Positions 16,889-26,131 of a stretch of DNA of 64,000 nt are shown one piece after another (the first letter of the stretch is position 1; each line of letters begins with the position of its first letter). Location of the stretch: the sequence record OP617745.1; one strand, given 5' to 3'. Below the pieces are notes generated by a model. It made no database searches and was not told where the DNA came from. It saw only the letters and a program-made list of their open reading frames with translations. Made by a program: the position numbers and the translations under genes.

Positions 16889-17858
16889 ATTTATTAAACG
16901 TGCAATAGAAAAACATGGAAATTTATATGATTACCGTAATTGTAATTATATAAATGCAAAAACAAAAATATGTATTATACATCCCAAATATGGAGAACAT
17001 TGGCTATATCCGCATTGTCATTTAAAAGGGTCAGGGCATCCAATAGTAGGGCGTAAATCGTCAATTAAAAATCAATCATCAACAACTTCAGAGTTTATTA
17101 AAAAAGCCAATAAAATACATAATAATTTTTATGATTATAGTAAAACGGATTATATTAATTCTCACACAAAAGTTATTGTTATCGATCCTGTATATGGTGA
17201 ATATACTGTTTATCCTAATGATCATCTAAAATCATCTAACAAAGGAGGGCATCCACAAAGAGCAAAAGATAAAGCAATTAAACAACTATCTGCTAGAAAA
17301 ACTGATCAAGATGTTATTATAAAAAGATTTAAAGATGTCCACGGAAATTTATATGATTATTCAAAGGTTAATTATATAAATTATAGTACAAAAGTACTTA
17401 TTATTCATCCAATATATGGTGAACATTGGATAACTCCCATAAATCATATAAACAATAAACAAGGTCATCCACTAGCTAAAAATAAAAATAGAACAAGTTA
17501 TAATCCAAATAAACCTGGATATTTTTATATTAATGAAATAATATATAATAATAAAATTTATTATAAGTTTGGTATTACATCAAACTATAATGTAAGATTA
17601 AAAAGGCATCAATCTAAAAATAAATTATGTAGTACTGAAAAGTATAAATTATATTATTGTAATGATGGAATGTTTATTAAATGTATGGAATCGTATATTA
17701 AACAATATTCTAATATTAAAACAAAAGCATTGGATAAAGATATTTACAAAGAGGGATATACGGAAACTATTAATGAAAGTGAACTATTACGAATTATTTC
17801 TATCATAAATTCTTTTATAGATCTTCATTTGTGTGGTGTATATATAACAGAGATATAA
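16860..17858 (+). CDS. putative homing endonuclease: three DUF723-like repeats plus a GIY-YIG/T5orf172-like C-terminal domain
   Basis: 3x YDYSK..YIN..TK..I.HP.YGEH...HL...GHP; YFYINEI...YYKFGITSNYNVRLKRH; AT-richer than neighbours. Confidence 0.75.
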   Translation: MKGKKLTTSEFIKRAIEKHGNLYDYRNCNYINAKTKICIIHPKYGEHWLYPHCHLKGSGHPIVGRKSSIKNQSSTTSEFIKKANKIHNNFYDYSKTDYINSHTKVIVIDPVYGEYTVYPNDHLKSSNKGGHPQRAKDKAIKQLSARKTDQDVIIKRFKDVHGNLYDYSKVNYINYSTKVLIIHPIYGEHWITPINHINNKQGHPLAKNKNRTSYNPNKPGYFYINEIIYNNKIYYKFGITSNYNVRLKRHQSKNKLCSTEKYKLYYCNDGMFIKCMESYIKQYSNIKTKALDKDIYKEGYTETINESELLRIISIINSFIDLHLCGVYITEI

Positions 17859-17975
17859 AAAAATGATTAAAAAAGTATTGACTGCGATACTCAAGTACTG
17901 TATCATAACTGGTGTAGCGTTCGTGTTAGCAGTTGCTATAGTGTTTAGTACTGTAATTGTATTGGGGAACATATC

Positions 17976-18281
17976 ATGATTAAAAATATTGAATCATTTG
18001 ATAAAGCATATCTTTATACCAGTACCTTTCGGAATAGCGAAGGCGATCCGGTTGAATTTAAAAATGTAGTACTGATCCGACCTGGTTTTGATATTATTCA
18101 TATCTGTAATTCATGGAATCAGGCGGCGGGCAATCGCTATACTATTGATAAAGAAATTTCAATAGAAGAAGCGTTAAAACTTCCATCATTGCCGGATCGT
18201 TTATCCCTGGCTAGTCGTGTGGAACTGGTAGGCGATACAGCACAATATATTACACATGAGTATGAATTTAAGTACTTATAA
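17976..18281 (+). CDS. hypothetical early protein
   Basis: ORF track. Confidence 0.7.
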   Translation: MIKNIESFDKAYLYTSTFRNSEGDPVEFKNVVLIRPGFDIIHICNSWNQAAGNRYTIDKEISIEEALKLPSLPDRLSLASRVELVGDTAQYITHEYEFKYL

Positions 18282-18364
18282 GTGTTGACAACACGATTCA
18301 GTACTGTATAATGTTTATCAAAGGGGATACATAGTGTATCCCCAATTAACAGGAGTAATAACTA

Positions 18365-18595
18365 ATGACTACAATGTACTTAACCGAAGTAAAAACAGTC
18401 AAAGATACTACCACAAATAAAATTACTTATTTGCAGCGGATCTGCGGAGTATGGCAACGTATTAGTAAATCAAAATACTACAAATTAACATCATACGCCA
18501 ATCGGTCCGATTCTTTCAGTACTGTTACAAAAGGTAACAAAGTACATCAATTTGCAACATATTATTACTATAGCCTGGCATCTATTCCAGTATAA
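18365..18595 (+). CDS. hypothetical early protein
   Basis: Own promoter, leader hairpin, SD. Confidence 0.8.
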   Translation: MTTMYLTEVKTVKDTTTNKITYLQRICGVWQRISKSKYYKLTSYANRSDSFSTVTKGNKVHQFATYYYYSLASIPV

Positions 18596-18599
18596 TCCC

Positions 18600-18705
18600 T
18601 TTACAAATCTTTACAAAACCAGTACTTGATTTAATTATTGAGTACTGGTATTATATATTCATTGGCAGATAAGCCGTGACCCACAGGGTGCCGAGATGTA
18701 TCTAT
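18600..18705 (+). ncRNA. CpxR-like box plus promoter plus two-hairpin RNA motif copy
   Basis: TTTAC-N5-TTTAC at 18600-18614; TTGATT-17-TATTAT; GGC-AGATAA-GCC; ACCC-ACA-GGGT GCCGAGATGTATCTAT. Confidence 0.55.
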
Positions 18706-18799
18706 AGTTTATTGAATTGAAGTACAGAAAAATATTTCTTGTGTAATTCATTTCTTATGATATAATAGTAATCACATAAATTAATTGGAGTGAACAAAA

Positions 18800-18913
18800 A
18801 TGTTATTAGATTGGCTCAATACTTTATCCCCCGCTTCTGGCCGTCGCTGGGCTATCGGTTCGTCGGTTGCCATCGTTGTAGGCGTCATTGTACTTTTAGT
18901 GATGATTTTCTAA
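18800..18913 (+). CDS. small single-TM peptide (37 aa)
   Basis: Manual ORF, SD GGAG, hydrophobic C-terminus. Confidence 0.65.
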   Translation: MLLDWLNTLSPASGRRWAIGSSVAIVVGVIVLLVMIF

Positions 18914-19011
18914 AAAGTACTTGCTTTAATGATCCAGTACTGTATAATGTACTTATACCCAAATAACAGCAAAGGGAATCAGTACTGATTCCCTGTAAAG
19001 GAGTAAAACCA

Positions 19012-19329
19012 ATGAAAGATGTAACTTTACCAGTAGTTCAAACTAACTTTGAAAACCAATTCCTGGCCGAAGTGTTCAAGATTGATAACGGTGTTGTATC
19101 AATCAATTATGGTTTCAATAGCGGCGGTTATGAAAAATTCATTTATTTCGTTACTGCCGATGGTGGATGCCTGGCAATTGATACGGTACTGAATGAATTC
19201 AGTAAAGTAGATTTTAATGATGATAATGATCCTCAGTGGTATATTGTCGGCTATGACGTGAACTATGAAGATGAAGATCTTTATGATGATCATACTAATC
19301 AAAAAATTGAATCCGCTTATGGGGAATAA
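19012..19329 (+). CDS. conserved acidic phage protein of unknown function
   Basis: GGYEKFIYFVTADGGCL...QWYIVGYDVNYEDEDLYDDH...IESAY. Confidence 0.8.
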   Translation: MKDVTLPVVQTNFENQFLAEVFKIDNGVVSINYGFNSGGYEKFIYFVTADGGCLAIDTVLNEFSKVDFNDDNDPQWYIVGYDVNYEDEDLYDDHTNQKIESAYGE

Positions 19330-19639
19330 AAATGATCATCGTACTATCAGAGAAAGAAAAGAAATTAATTCTTTCAGTACTGAAAGAATATCCCAGAAAT
19401 ATGCGGGAGCCGTTTGAAACAAATGGTGAATTCGAAGAGCATTTAAACGATATCGATTTATTGATATCCAAGATTGAATCACAATAGTGATGTACTGTAA
19501 AACGTCCTGTAATCGATTATGGGACGTTTTAAGGAATAGCACTATGATTTATTCAGTACTGTGAAAAAACGCTTGTAAATTGATTCCAGTACTGTATAAT
19601 GTACTCATATCAAACAACGAACACTTTTAAGGAAATGCA

Positions 19640-19843
19640 ATGAAAACTTTCACTGTTATTATTCAAGATTGTTTAGATACTGTAGTTTACGATAATATCA
19701 TCGCAGATAGTCCGAAACGTGCTTTTGAAAAAGCATGTTTAGAATATGCTGGCTGCGGATCCGACGGCGAGCCGTGGAATGATTATGCTTGCGTAGCAGT
19801 GTTTGAAGGTAATCATTCTAATTTGTACCGCGACGCTATGTAA
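19640..19843 (+). CDS. hypothetical early protein
   Basis: Own promoter, SD. Confidence 0.75.
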   Translation: MKTFTVIIQDCLDTVVYDNIIADSPKRAFEKACLEYAGCGSDGEPWNDYACVAVFEGNHSNLYRDAM

Positions 19844-19948
19844 TTATTTCAAGTACTATCAATATGTTGTTGACTTATGTTGGTAGTACTTTATAATAAC
19901 TTATATAGCGAATGAAAATTATTCTCCCCATTATTAGGAGTAAAGAAT

Positions 19949-20176
19949 ATGTTTTATCTTGGAACTGTTAAAGAAAATTCGAATGTAATTGAAGCATCAT
20001 TGATTTGTACTAATAATGAAGTCGCTGGCTATGATTTTGCACAAGAGCGATTCATGAAACATTATACCGGTGATGATTCAGTGTCATTTGATTTTGAACG
20101 TATCGGTGATGGTGTTACAATTATGAAATTTGAAGATCTCCCTGAAATCGATTTTGATTTTGTCGTTACACTGTAA
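19949..20176 (+). CDS. hypothetical early protein
   Basis: Own promoter, SD. Confidence 0.75.
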   Translation: MFYLGTVKENSNVIEASLICTNNEVAGYDFAQERFMKHYTGDDSVSFDFERIGDGVTIMKFEDLPEIDFDFVVTL

Positions 20177-20275
20177 AAAAAGTACTTGCATAATTCTTTC
20201 AGTACTGTATACTGTACTTATACCAAACAAAAGCAAAGGGAATCAATACTGATTCCCTGTAAAGGAGATAGGCCA

Positions 20276-20527
20276 ATGTCAGATCGTATCACTCGCAAAA
20301 TGGTAGCAGATAAAGTTGCTGGGCTGAATCTTGCTATTGACCGTCGTGGATTGCCTGAAAAATATCAGGCAGTACTGGAAGATGGTAAATTCAATATTGA
20401 ATTACAGCCGTCTCATGTTTATACTAAACCAACGACAGTACAAGGGAATTTAAGTACACGTGAAGCATATCTTTACCTCAAAGGTATGTTTGAGATCCTT
20501 CTCAATAATGTACCATATAAAGATTAA
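20276..20527 (+). CDS. hypothetical early protein
   Basis: SD AAGGAG before ATG 20276. Confidence 0.75.
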   Translation: MSDRITRKMVADKVAGLNLAIDRRGLPEKYQAVLEDGKFNIELQPSHVYTKPTTVQGNLSTREAYLYLKGMFEILLNNVPYKD

Positions 20528-20529
20528 AG

Positions 20530-20560
20530 AAAAAGGGGAGACAATGAGTCTCCCTTTTTT
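20530..20560. terminator. bidirectional intrinsic terminator
   Basis: A-tract GGGAGAC-AATGA-GTCTCCC T-tract. Confidence 0.8.
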
Positions 20561-20581
20561 GTATTCAGTACTAATATATTT

Positions 20582-20663
20582 TAGATACAATTTGGCACCC
20601 TGTGGGTTAGTAGCTTGTTCTGCTTTATGTAGTAATTATATGATAAAGCTGGTGGCTTGTCAA
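20582..20663 (-). ncRNA. promoter plus two-hairpin RNA motif copy (discrete sRNA of about 100 nt)
   Basis: Reverse complement TTGACA-17-TATAAT; AGC-AGAACAA-GCT; ACCC-ACA-GGGT GCC; runs into the terminator at 20530-20560. Confidence 0.6.
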
Positions 20664-20755
20664 CACTTATTTTAAAATAAAAAAGTACTGAATAGTACTT
20701 GCAAAAAGTATTCAGTACTGTATAATGTTTATATTGAGATTAAGGAGTACTGACT

Positions 20756-21295
20756 ATGTTAATCAAAATGTATCACGGTTCTAATAATTTTGATCACCGC
20801 CAGGGATATCTTGGTGGAAAACCTGGCAATTTTCATATGGGTTTTGGACTATATCTAACTAACTCTTATCGCTGGGCTGATAATTATGGTCGGCGTCATT
20901 ATGAGTTAGATTTAGATTTAGATCCTGCCGGTGCTGCACATAATATATGGATTCCTACTAAACACTTTATGGAATTCATAAGAGTATATTGTACTAAAAA
21001 GTTTTATACAATGTGCTGTAAAGAATTTAAAGATCGTGAATCTTTGAATGTAGAACGTGTCGAATTGCTTATTATGAATATGGAAAGGCACGTTACGAAA
21101 ATCGCTAAACCATTTGCCGATTTTGTCGCCGCCTGGGGTTGTACACACAGTATAGAAATATCTGGTAATTATGGTGGCGTTTGTGTCCGGCTTTATGATT
21201 TCAGTACTATAAAGAATTGCATTGTAAGCAAGGAAACGCAAGATTTTTATTATCCAGATGAATTGACAAGATATCCTCAAAAAAACTTGTATTAA
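20756..21295 (+). CDS. ADP-ribosyltransferase-like protein
   Basis: MYHGS...GFGLYLTNSYRWADNYG, resembling the H-G-S / G-x-Y-x-T / A-x-x-Y core of PARP/ART folds. Confidence 0.6.
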   Translation: MLIKMYHGSNNFDHRQGYLGGKPGNFHMGFGLYLTNSYRWADNYGRRHYELDLDLDPAGAAHNIWIPTKHFMEFIRVYCTKKFYTMCCKEFKDRESLNVERVELLIMNMERHVTKIAKPFADFVAAWGCTHSIEISGNYGGVCVRLYDFSTIKNCIVSKETQDFYYPDELTRYPQKNLY

Positions 21296-21342
21296 TGATT
21301 CAGTACTGATATAATGAATTAAATTAACATGAGGAATCTTAA

Positions 21343-21471
21343 ATGAATAACCGTCAATTGATGATCGATGCATCTCGTTTCCGTTCAAAAGAAGAAAAGA
21401 AAAGTTGCATTAAATTGGTTTTGTCAACTTTAATTATTGGATTAGTAATTGTTGCTTTTGTTTATAGTTAG
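21343..21471 (+). CDS. small single-TM peptide (42 aa)
   Basis: Manual ORF, SD GAGGA. Confidence 0.65.
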   Translation: MNNRQLMIDASRFRSKEEKKSCIKLVLSTLIIGLVIVAFVYS

Positions 21472-21555
21472 TACTTGATAACGGATTTCAGTACTGTATA
21501 ATGTTTATCAAAGGGAATGAAATATTCATTCCCGATTAATCAAAGGAGTTTTGCC

Positions 21556-21780
21556 ATGATCTATATTATCAAAGTATCCCCGACTGTAGGCAAATCAGAA
21601 GTTGTAGCCGTTATCACTTCCCTGGAAGCGAAAAATCTTCATACCCCGTTTAATGTATGGGTGGAGGATAATTTCGGCCAATTCAGTACTGCTGAATATA
21701 TCGGACAATTCGCCGTCCCGGATACTGGTAAAATCAAAGTGGATCGTATCCTGGATTTTGATAACAGTAATTACTTTTAA
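21556..21780 (+). CDS. hypothetical early protein
   Basis: SD AAGGAG before ATG 21556. Confidence 0.75.
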   Translation: MIYIIKVSPTVGKSEVVAVITSLEAKNLHTPFNVWVEDNFGQFSTAEYIGQFAVPDTGKIKVDRILDFDNSNYF

Positions 21781-21867
21781 AAACGTTTGACAACTGATTT
21801 CAGTACTGTATAATGTTTATCAAAGGGAATGAATTATTCATTCCCGATTAATCAAAGGGGTTTTATC

Positions 21868-22014
21868 ATGAAAGAGTATATCTTTGAAGTAACTTTCACT
21901 TTTGGCCCGCACCAACTGATCCGGTCTTCTGGCTACAACCGCGAACAAGCATTCAGCAACCTTCGCCGTATGTATCCCAATGTCGTGACTTGGGTAAAGT
22001 GTGAAGAAGCATAA
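21868..22014 (+). CDS. small early protein
   Basis: Promoter and leader duplicated from about 21475-21555. Confidence 0.7.
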   Translation: MKEYIFEVTFTFGPHQLIRSSGYNREQAFSNLRRMYPNVVTWVKCEEA

Positions 22015-22079
22015 AATAATTAGTCAGTACTATTGACAACGGGTGATAGTACTGCTATAATTATTTTAACTTATACGGA

Positions 22080-22331
22080 ATGGAGTTAAAACAAATGTTC
22101 AGTGTCAGCAAACAAGGCGACAAATTTCTGGTTCAATACCATCATTTTGATCTGGTATACACTCAGCCAGATTGTGTATTCAGTACTCAGGAAGGTGCCG
22201 AAAAGCACAAAAAAGCCTTGATCGAAAATAGCAACAGTGGTACATTAGATTTCATCCAACAGTACTGGAATGAATCTAAGCTGGTGGACGGTTATTCCAA
22301 CACAGTTTATTATGTAGGTATCACTGATTAA
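22080..22331 (+). CDS. hypothetical early protein
   Basis: ORF track; own promoter. Confidence 0.7.
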   Translation: MELKQMFSVSKQGDKFLVQYHHFDLVYTQPDCVFSTQEGAEKHKKALIENSNSGTLDFIQQYWNESKLVDGYSNTVYYVGITD

Positions 22332-22617
22332 TCGGAAGTACTGTTAATGTATATGCCAATTATCATACCGTTAGCAGTACTGTTAATCGCCGCCGTTATC
22401 TGCGAACAATATCATTTGTTAGGAATGTAAACTATGATTCAATGTGAATTGTCAGTACTGATCACGCTGTTCTATATGTTAGGACAAAAGAAACAATATA
22501 TTTCTGGTGATAATGCATTATTGTATCAATCATTAGACCAATGGCAACGATCTGAATTAAGCAATGCATGGGCGAAAGGCTACAACGACAGTACTGCAAA
22601 ATAATTTAAAAAAGGGG

Positions 22618-22699
22618 TTGACTTATGTCAGCCCTTTTGTTATTATTAGTACATAGCAAGAACAATGCTCAAGCCCACAGGGTGCGGAGGTGTATCTAT
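22618..22699 (+). ncRNA. terminator-embedded promoter plus two-hairpin RNA motif copy
   Basis: TTGACT-17-TATTAT; AGCA-AGAACAA-TGCT; GCCC-ACA-GGGT GCGGAGGTGTATCTAT. Confidence 0.55.
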
Positions 22700-22821
22700 A
22701 GTTTATGTTGGTCTGAATCATTAATTTTTCTTGACAATTGGTTTAGTACTGGATATAATAGCCGCCATTGAATACAGAACGGGAAATTAGTACTAATTTC
22801 CCTTACAGGAGGATTTTAAAA

Positions 22822-23088
22822 ATGGCCTATCATACACCACATAGACACTTCATTGATAAACGCGGTATGGCTTTTAAAGCAATGAGTGACAATAGTAACA
22901 CACAAATGTACTTTAAAGATATGACGTTAGAAGAAGCAATTGAAGCCGTAAGGAATGATCGTAAGCTTTCCAAGAAAGTTGCATCAGTACTTAATGCTTT
23001 TTGGTTTGAACGTACTACCAACAAAGAATACAAAGAAAAGATGATTGCACTTGGTAAAGTAGTAAGAGAAGAAAAATTATATCTTTAA
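22822..23088 (+). CDS. hypothetical early protein
   Basis: SD AGGAGG before ATG 22822. Confidence 0.75.
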   Translation: MAYHTPHRHFIDKRGMAFKAMSDNSNTQMYFKDMTLEEAIEAVRNDRKLSKKVASVLNAFWFERTTNKEYKEKMIALGKVVREEKLYL

Positions 23089-23153
23089 GTACTAGACAAT
23101 GTGATTCAGTACTGCTATTATTATTACATACCAAACGAAAGGAGATTTACCAA

Positions 23154-23261
23154 ATGAAACAAGCTAAATTTAATTCAGAAATCAAAGCTGCAAAAGCACA
23201 TAAAGTACAGTTAGTAGTACTGGCTATTGTATCAATCTTTTTGCTGTGCAACATCGGCTAA
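23154..23261 (+). CDS. small single-TM peptide (35 aa)
   Basis: Manual ORF, own promoter, AAGGAG SD. Confidence 0.65.
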   Translation: MKQAKFNSEIKAAKAHKVQLVVLAIVSIFLLCNIG

Positions 23262-23359
23262 AATAATTACTCAGTACTATTGACAATATGTGATAGTACT
23301 GATATATTAATACGCATAGGGGCAAACAACTTGCCCCACTAAACAAAAGGAACTACCAA

Positions 23360-23716
23360 ATGATTACTAAATTCTATTCTTCCCGCGAAAAAGCTCGGAT
23401 CGTAGCACGTGAAGAAGGCGAAACCTTCAAAGATATGGGTAAAGATTCCCCTGCTGGTCGACGCTGGGCAGTACTGTTCCGCGAGGTCAAAGACCTGGTA
23501 GAAAACGCTAAAGCCGTTGAAATGAACGTTCCCACCAAAGAAGATAAAGATCTGACTGATGCCCTGGCCGCTGCCTTCGCCGCTATGGATAAAGCCGCAG
23601 CGGTAGTACTAAAAGTGCCGGAATTCGTAACCCGCAAAGTGCATTCAGTACTACAAAATAAATTCAACGGTAAACAGGTTCAGGTGTTTACTAAACGTAA
23701 AATTCCGGTCATGTAA
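23360..23716 (+). CDS. hypothetical early protein
   Basis: Own promoter; FYSSREKAR...KDMG...PAGRRWAV. Confidence 0.8.
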   Translation: MITKFYSSREKARIVAREEGETFKDMGKDSPAGRRWAVLFREVKDLVENAKAVEMNVPTKEDKDLTDALAAAFAAMDKAAAVVLKVPEFVTRKVHSVLQNKFNGKQVQVFTKRKIPVM

Positions 23717-23795
23717 GACCTGATTATTACAGTACTAACAAAGGGGCTTCAAAGCCCCTTTTAAACGTCCTGTAAGCCATTATAAGAGGTTTTGC

Positions 23796-24044
23796 ATGAA
23801 AAAGGTACAACTACACAAAGGAGTAATGAAAGTTCATTATAATGCCCCGCAACGCATTATAGATAGAGCCATTGAACTAGCCAATCAATATCTAGCTGGT
23901 GGATTAACTCCCAGGAAGTTAAGCAACGGGAAGTTATATGTAATCAACGTTGATACTAATAATCGTATAGTAATCAAAGGTGAAAGCATATCACTGTATG
24001 AACATCAGCAGTATAACAAGAAAGTAAAAAATATTAGTAGATAA
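23796..24044 (+). CDS. hypothetical early protein
   Basis: ORF track. Confidence 0.7.
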   Translation: MKKVQLHKGVMKVHYNAPQRIIDRAIELANQYLAGGLTPRKLSNGKLYVINVDTNNRIVIKGESISLYEHQQYNKKVKNISR

Positions 24045-24123
24045 GTGTTGACAACTCATTTCAGTACTGCCATAATGTATACATACAAGGCAATACCGCC
24101 TAATAACATAGGAGTAACTGAAA

Positions 24124-24546
24124 ATGAAAAAATCCACTAAAATTGTCTTAGGTGTATTTGTTGTTCCGACAGTCGCCTTTTTTACTTGTGCTATGATTTT
24201 TGGTGATGCTTCTCGGGTTGCCGCAAAAATCGAAAAAGAAAAACAAGTCCAAACACAAGTTAAGAAAGAAGAAAAGAAAAATTATAACACTGTATGGGAA
24301 GCAATTTGCCATACCAGTAATGGTAAAAGGATCTCAATCCTTACAGCGATGAATAATGGAAAATCAATCGTCGGAAACGAATATATGGAAGTTACTTCCA
24401 GTACTGGTAAAGAATTTGTAATGACGAACTACAATAACAATAACGTTGCAATTGTTACACAGGATTTTAAAGGTAATGCAGTACTTGAATATCATACGGA
24501 ATATGAAGTAATATTTGCAAAATGCACGTTTGAATGGGGTGCATAA
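24124..24546 (+). CDS. membrane-anchored/exported early protein
   Basis: N-terminal KK plus hydrophobic helix. Confidence 0.75.
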   Translation: MKKSTKIVLGVFVVPTVAFFTCAMIFGDASRVAAKIEKEKQVQTQVKKEEKKNYNTVWEAICHTSNGKRISILTAMNNGKSIVGNEYMEVTSSTGKEFVMTNYNNNNVAIVTQDFKGNAVLEYHTEYEVIFAKCTFEWGA

Positions 24547-24572
24547 AAATAAAAAAAAATCAAAAAGGGGGG

Positions 24573-24649
24573 TTGACACAGGTCAGCCCCTTTGCTATCA
24601 TTAATATCAAGAAAACAAGCTAACCCACAGGGTGCATAAATGTATCTAT
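24573..24649 (+). ncRNA. terminator-embedded promoter plus RNA motif copy (hairpin 1 weak)
   Basis: TTGACA-17-TATCAT; ACCC-ACA-GGGT GCATAAATGTATCTAT. Confidence 0.5.
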
Positions 24650-24727
24650 AGTTTATTAAAGAATTTTAGTACTTGACAACGTAGTACAGCAGTACTAAAA
24701 TATCTACATACAAAGGAGATTACCAAA

Positions 24728-25312
24728 ATGAACAAACATCTTAAAGTACTGAATAAATGTAAATCCAATACCGAAATGTTACTGTACTGTTACAAAAATT
24801 TAATTAAACTCGGTAAAGGTTCATCCAGAACAGTATTTTTGTTAACAAAAAACAAAGTACTGAAAGTTGCTCATAACCATATTGGCAACCAACAGAATAC
24901 GGCGGAAATCACCGCCTGGCTGTATGTTGATTATGATCGCTATTATAATAAACGCTTTTTCGCTAAAGTGTTCCCTGATATGTCACATTTTAAAGATGTA
25001 TACATAGTACAGGAGTACTGCGACAATATCAGTACTAAAGAAGCGAAGCCATACATTGAACATTACTTGACACCTCGCACTATTGAAAATGAGCGTGCTA
25101 AACGCTTCCACACGGCGTTAAGAGATGTAGACAATACCCTTAACTATAAAACGCTGGTGGACTTAAACAAGCGTAATATAGGCCGTTCTGTAAGGGGTGC
25201 AATAAAACTCCGTGATTATGGATTATCTGAACATATTGCTAAACAGTACCGAGAAGCCCGCTTCCAATACCAGAAGCTCAAAAGTATTAGTAAAATAAGT
25301 ATTGATTTATAA
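24728..25312 (+). CDS. minimal protein-kinase-like protein
   Basis: Gly loop LGKGSSRTVF, VLKV lysine, NTAE glutamate, YIVQEY hinge, DLNKRN catalytic loop, DYG. Confidence 0.7.
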   Translation: MNKHLKVLNKCKSNTEMLLYCYKNLIKLGKGSSRTVFLLTKNKVLKVAHNHIGNQQNTAEITAWLYVDYDRYYNKRFFAKVFPDMSHFKDVYIVQEYCDNISTKEAKPYIEHYLTPRTIENERAKRFHTALRDVDNTLNYKTLVDLNKRNIGRSVRGAIKLRDYGLSEHIAKQYREARFQYQKLKSISKISIDL

Positions 25313-25377
25313 TTTCAGTACTGGTATAGTACTTTCACAGGGGAGATAATCTCCCCAATCACAGAGGAGATTTTACC

Positions 25378-25740
25378 ATGAGTACTAAACCTTTTGTTAC
25401 TACCCGTTCTAATCTGACCGAAATCTATGTACACGGTGGATATGAGGAAACGTATGTCACTGGTATTATGGTAGAATTTCATCAGGGCTTCCGGTTCATG
25501 CTGGTGAATTCAGAGATCTATCACACACAGCAAGATAAACATGGTTATGTCAATAAGTACTCATCTGATGAAGTACTGAAACGACTGGATAACAAAATTA
25601 AACAAATTCAAAAACATCTTGACAACGGCGGAAAACTTAATCATTTACTTTGGGATAGTTTAGATCCCTGCTACGGTTCTGATGCATACGGCAAAAGCCG
25701 TGACACTGCAATGAAAGTACTTAAAGATTATTTCTTTTAA
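25378..25740 (+). CDS. hypothetical early protein
   Basis: Own promoter, GAGGAG SD. Confidence 0.8.
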   Translation: MSTKPFVTTRSNLTEIYVHGGYEETYVTGIMVEFHQGFRFMLVNSEIYHTQQDKHGYVNKYSSDEVLKRLDNKIKQIQKHLDNGGKLNHLLWDSLDPCYGSDAYGKSRDTAMKVLKDYFF

Positions 25741-25831
25741 GTATTGACATAGGTTATCAGTACTGTATAATGTTTTGCATACACAAGAGATTCCAGTACT
25801 GGAATCTCTAATATAAAGGAGAATACCGAAA

Positions 25832-26113
25832 ATGATTACTGGTCACATTACTAACTATGCAAAACGCCGCGATGTAGAAATAGAAGTACTGAAAGCAGGC
25901 GAAGTTGACGATGACGCTCAGGTATGGTTCTACACGGCAGACAATGACTGTGAACCAGTACTGATGTACCTGATTAATAATGATGGTTCTCTTACTTATC
26001 GTAGCAAACTGATGAAGTCCCTGGAAGATATGCCAGCACATATCAATAATAAAGAAGTACTGAAACGCGTAATCTGCTACATCTCAGACCAGCACAAAGC
26101 GGATATGATGTAA
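25832..26113 (+). CDS. hypothetical early protein
   Basis: Own promoter; 24-bp palindromic leader AGAGATTCCAGTACTGGAATCTCT at 25786-25809. Confidence 0.8.
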   Translation: MITGHITNYAKRRDVEIEVLKAGEVDDDAQVWFYTADNDCEPVLMYLINNDGSLTYRSKLMKSLEDMPAHINNKEVLKRVICYISDQHKADMM

Positions 26114-26131
26114 TCTTTACAAATATGGGGG

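Noticed and set aside
17863-17979. 38-aa hydrophobic ORF
   Set aside because: Overlaps a TTGACT-17-TATCAT promoter and has no clear SD; left unassigned
18823-18845. TTTATCCCCCGCT resembling a type I-E CRISPR repeat (possible RNA anti-CRISPR)
   Set aside because: Only about 11 nt match, the hairpin second arm is missing, and it lies in a plausible small ORF
9214-20257. Repeated 20-bp palindromes as a CRISPR array
   Set aside because: Copies are dispersed hundreds to thousands of bp apart, nearly all between a promoter and an SD; there are no regular spacers and no cas genes
10480-25775. LexA boxes in promoters (TACTGTAT half-site)
   Set aside because: The ones I checked lack the matching ACAG half at N8 spacing; the half-site arises from AGTACTG plus TATAAT
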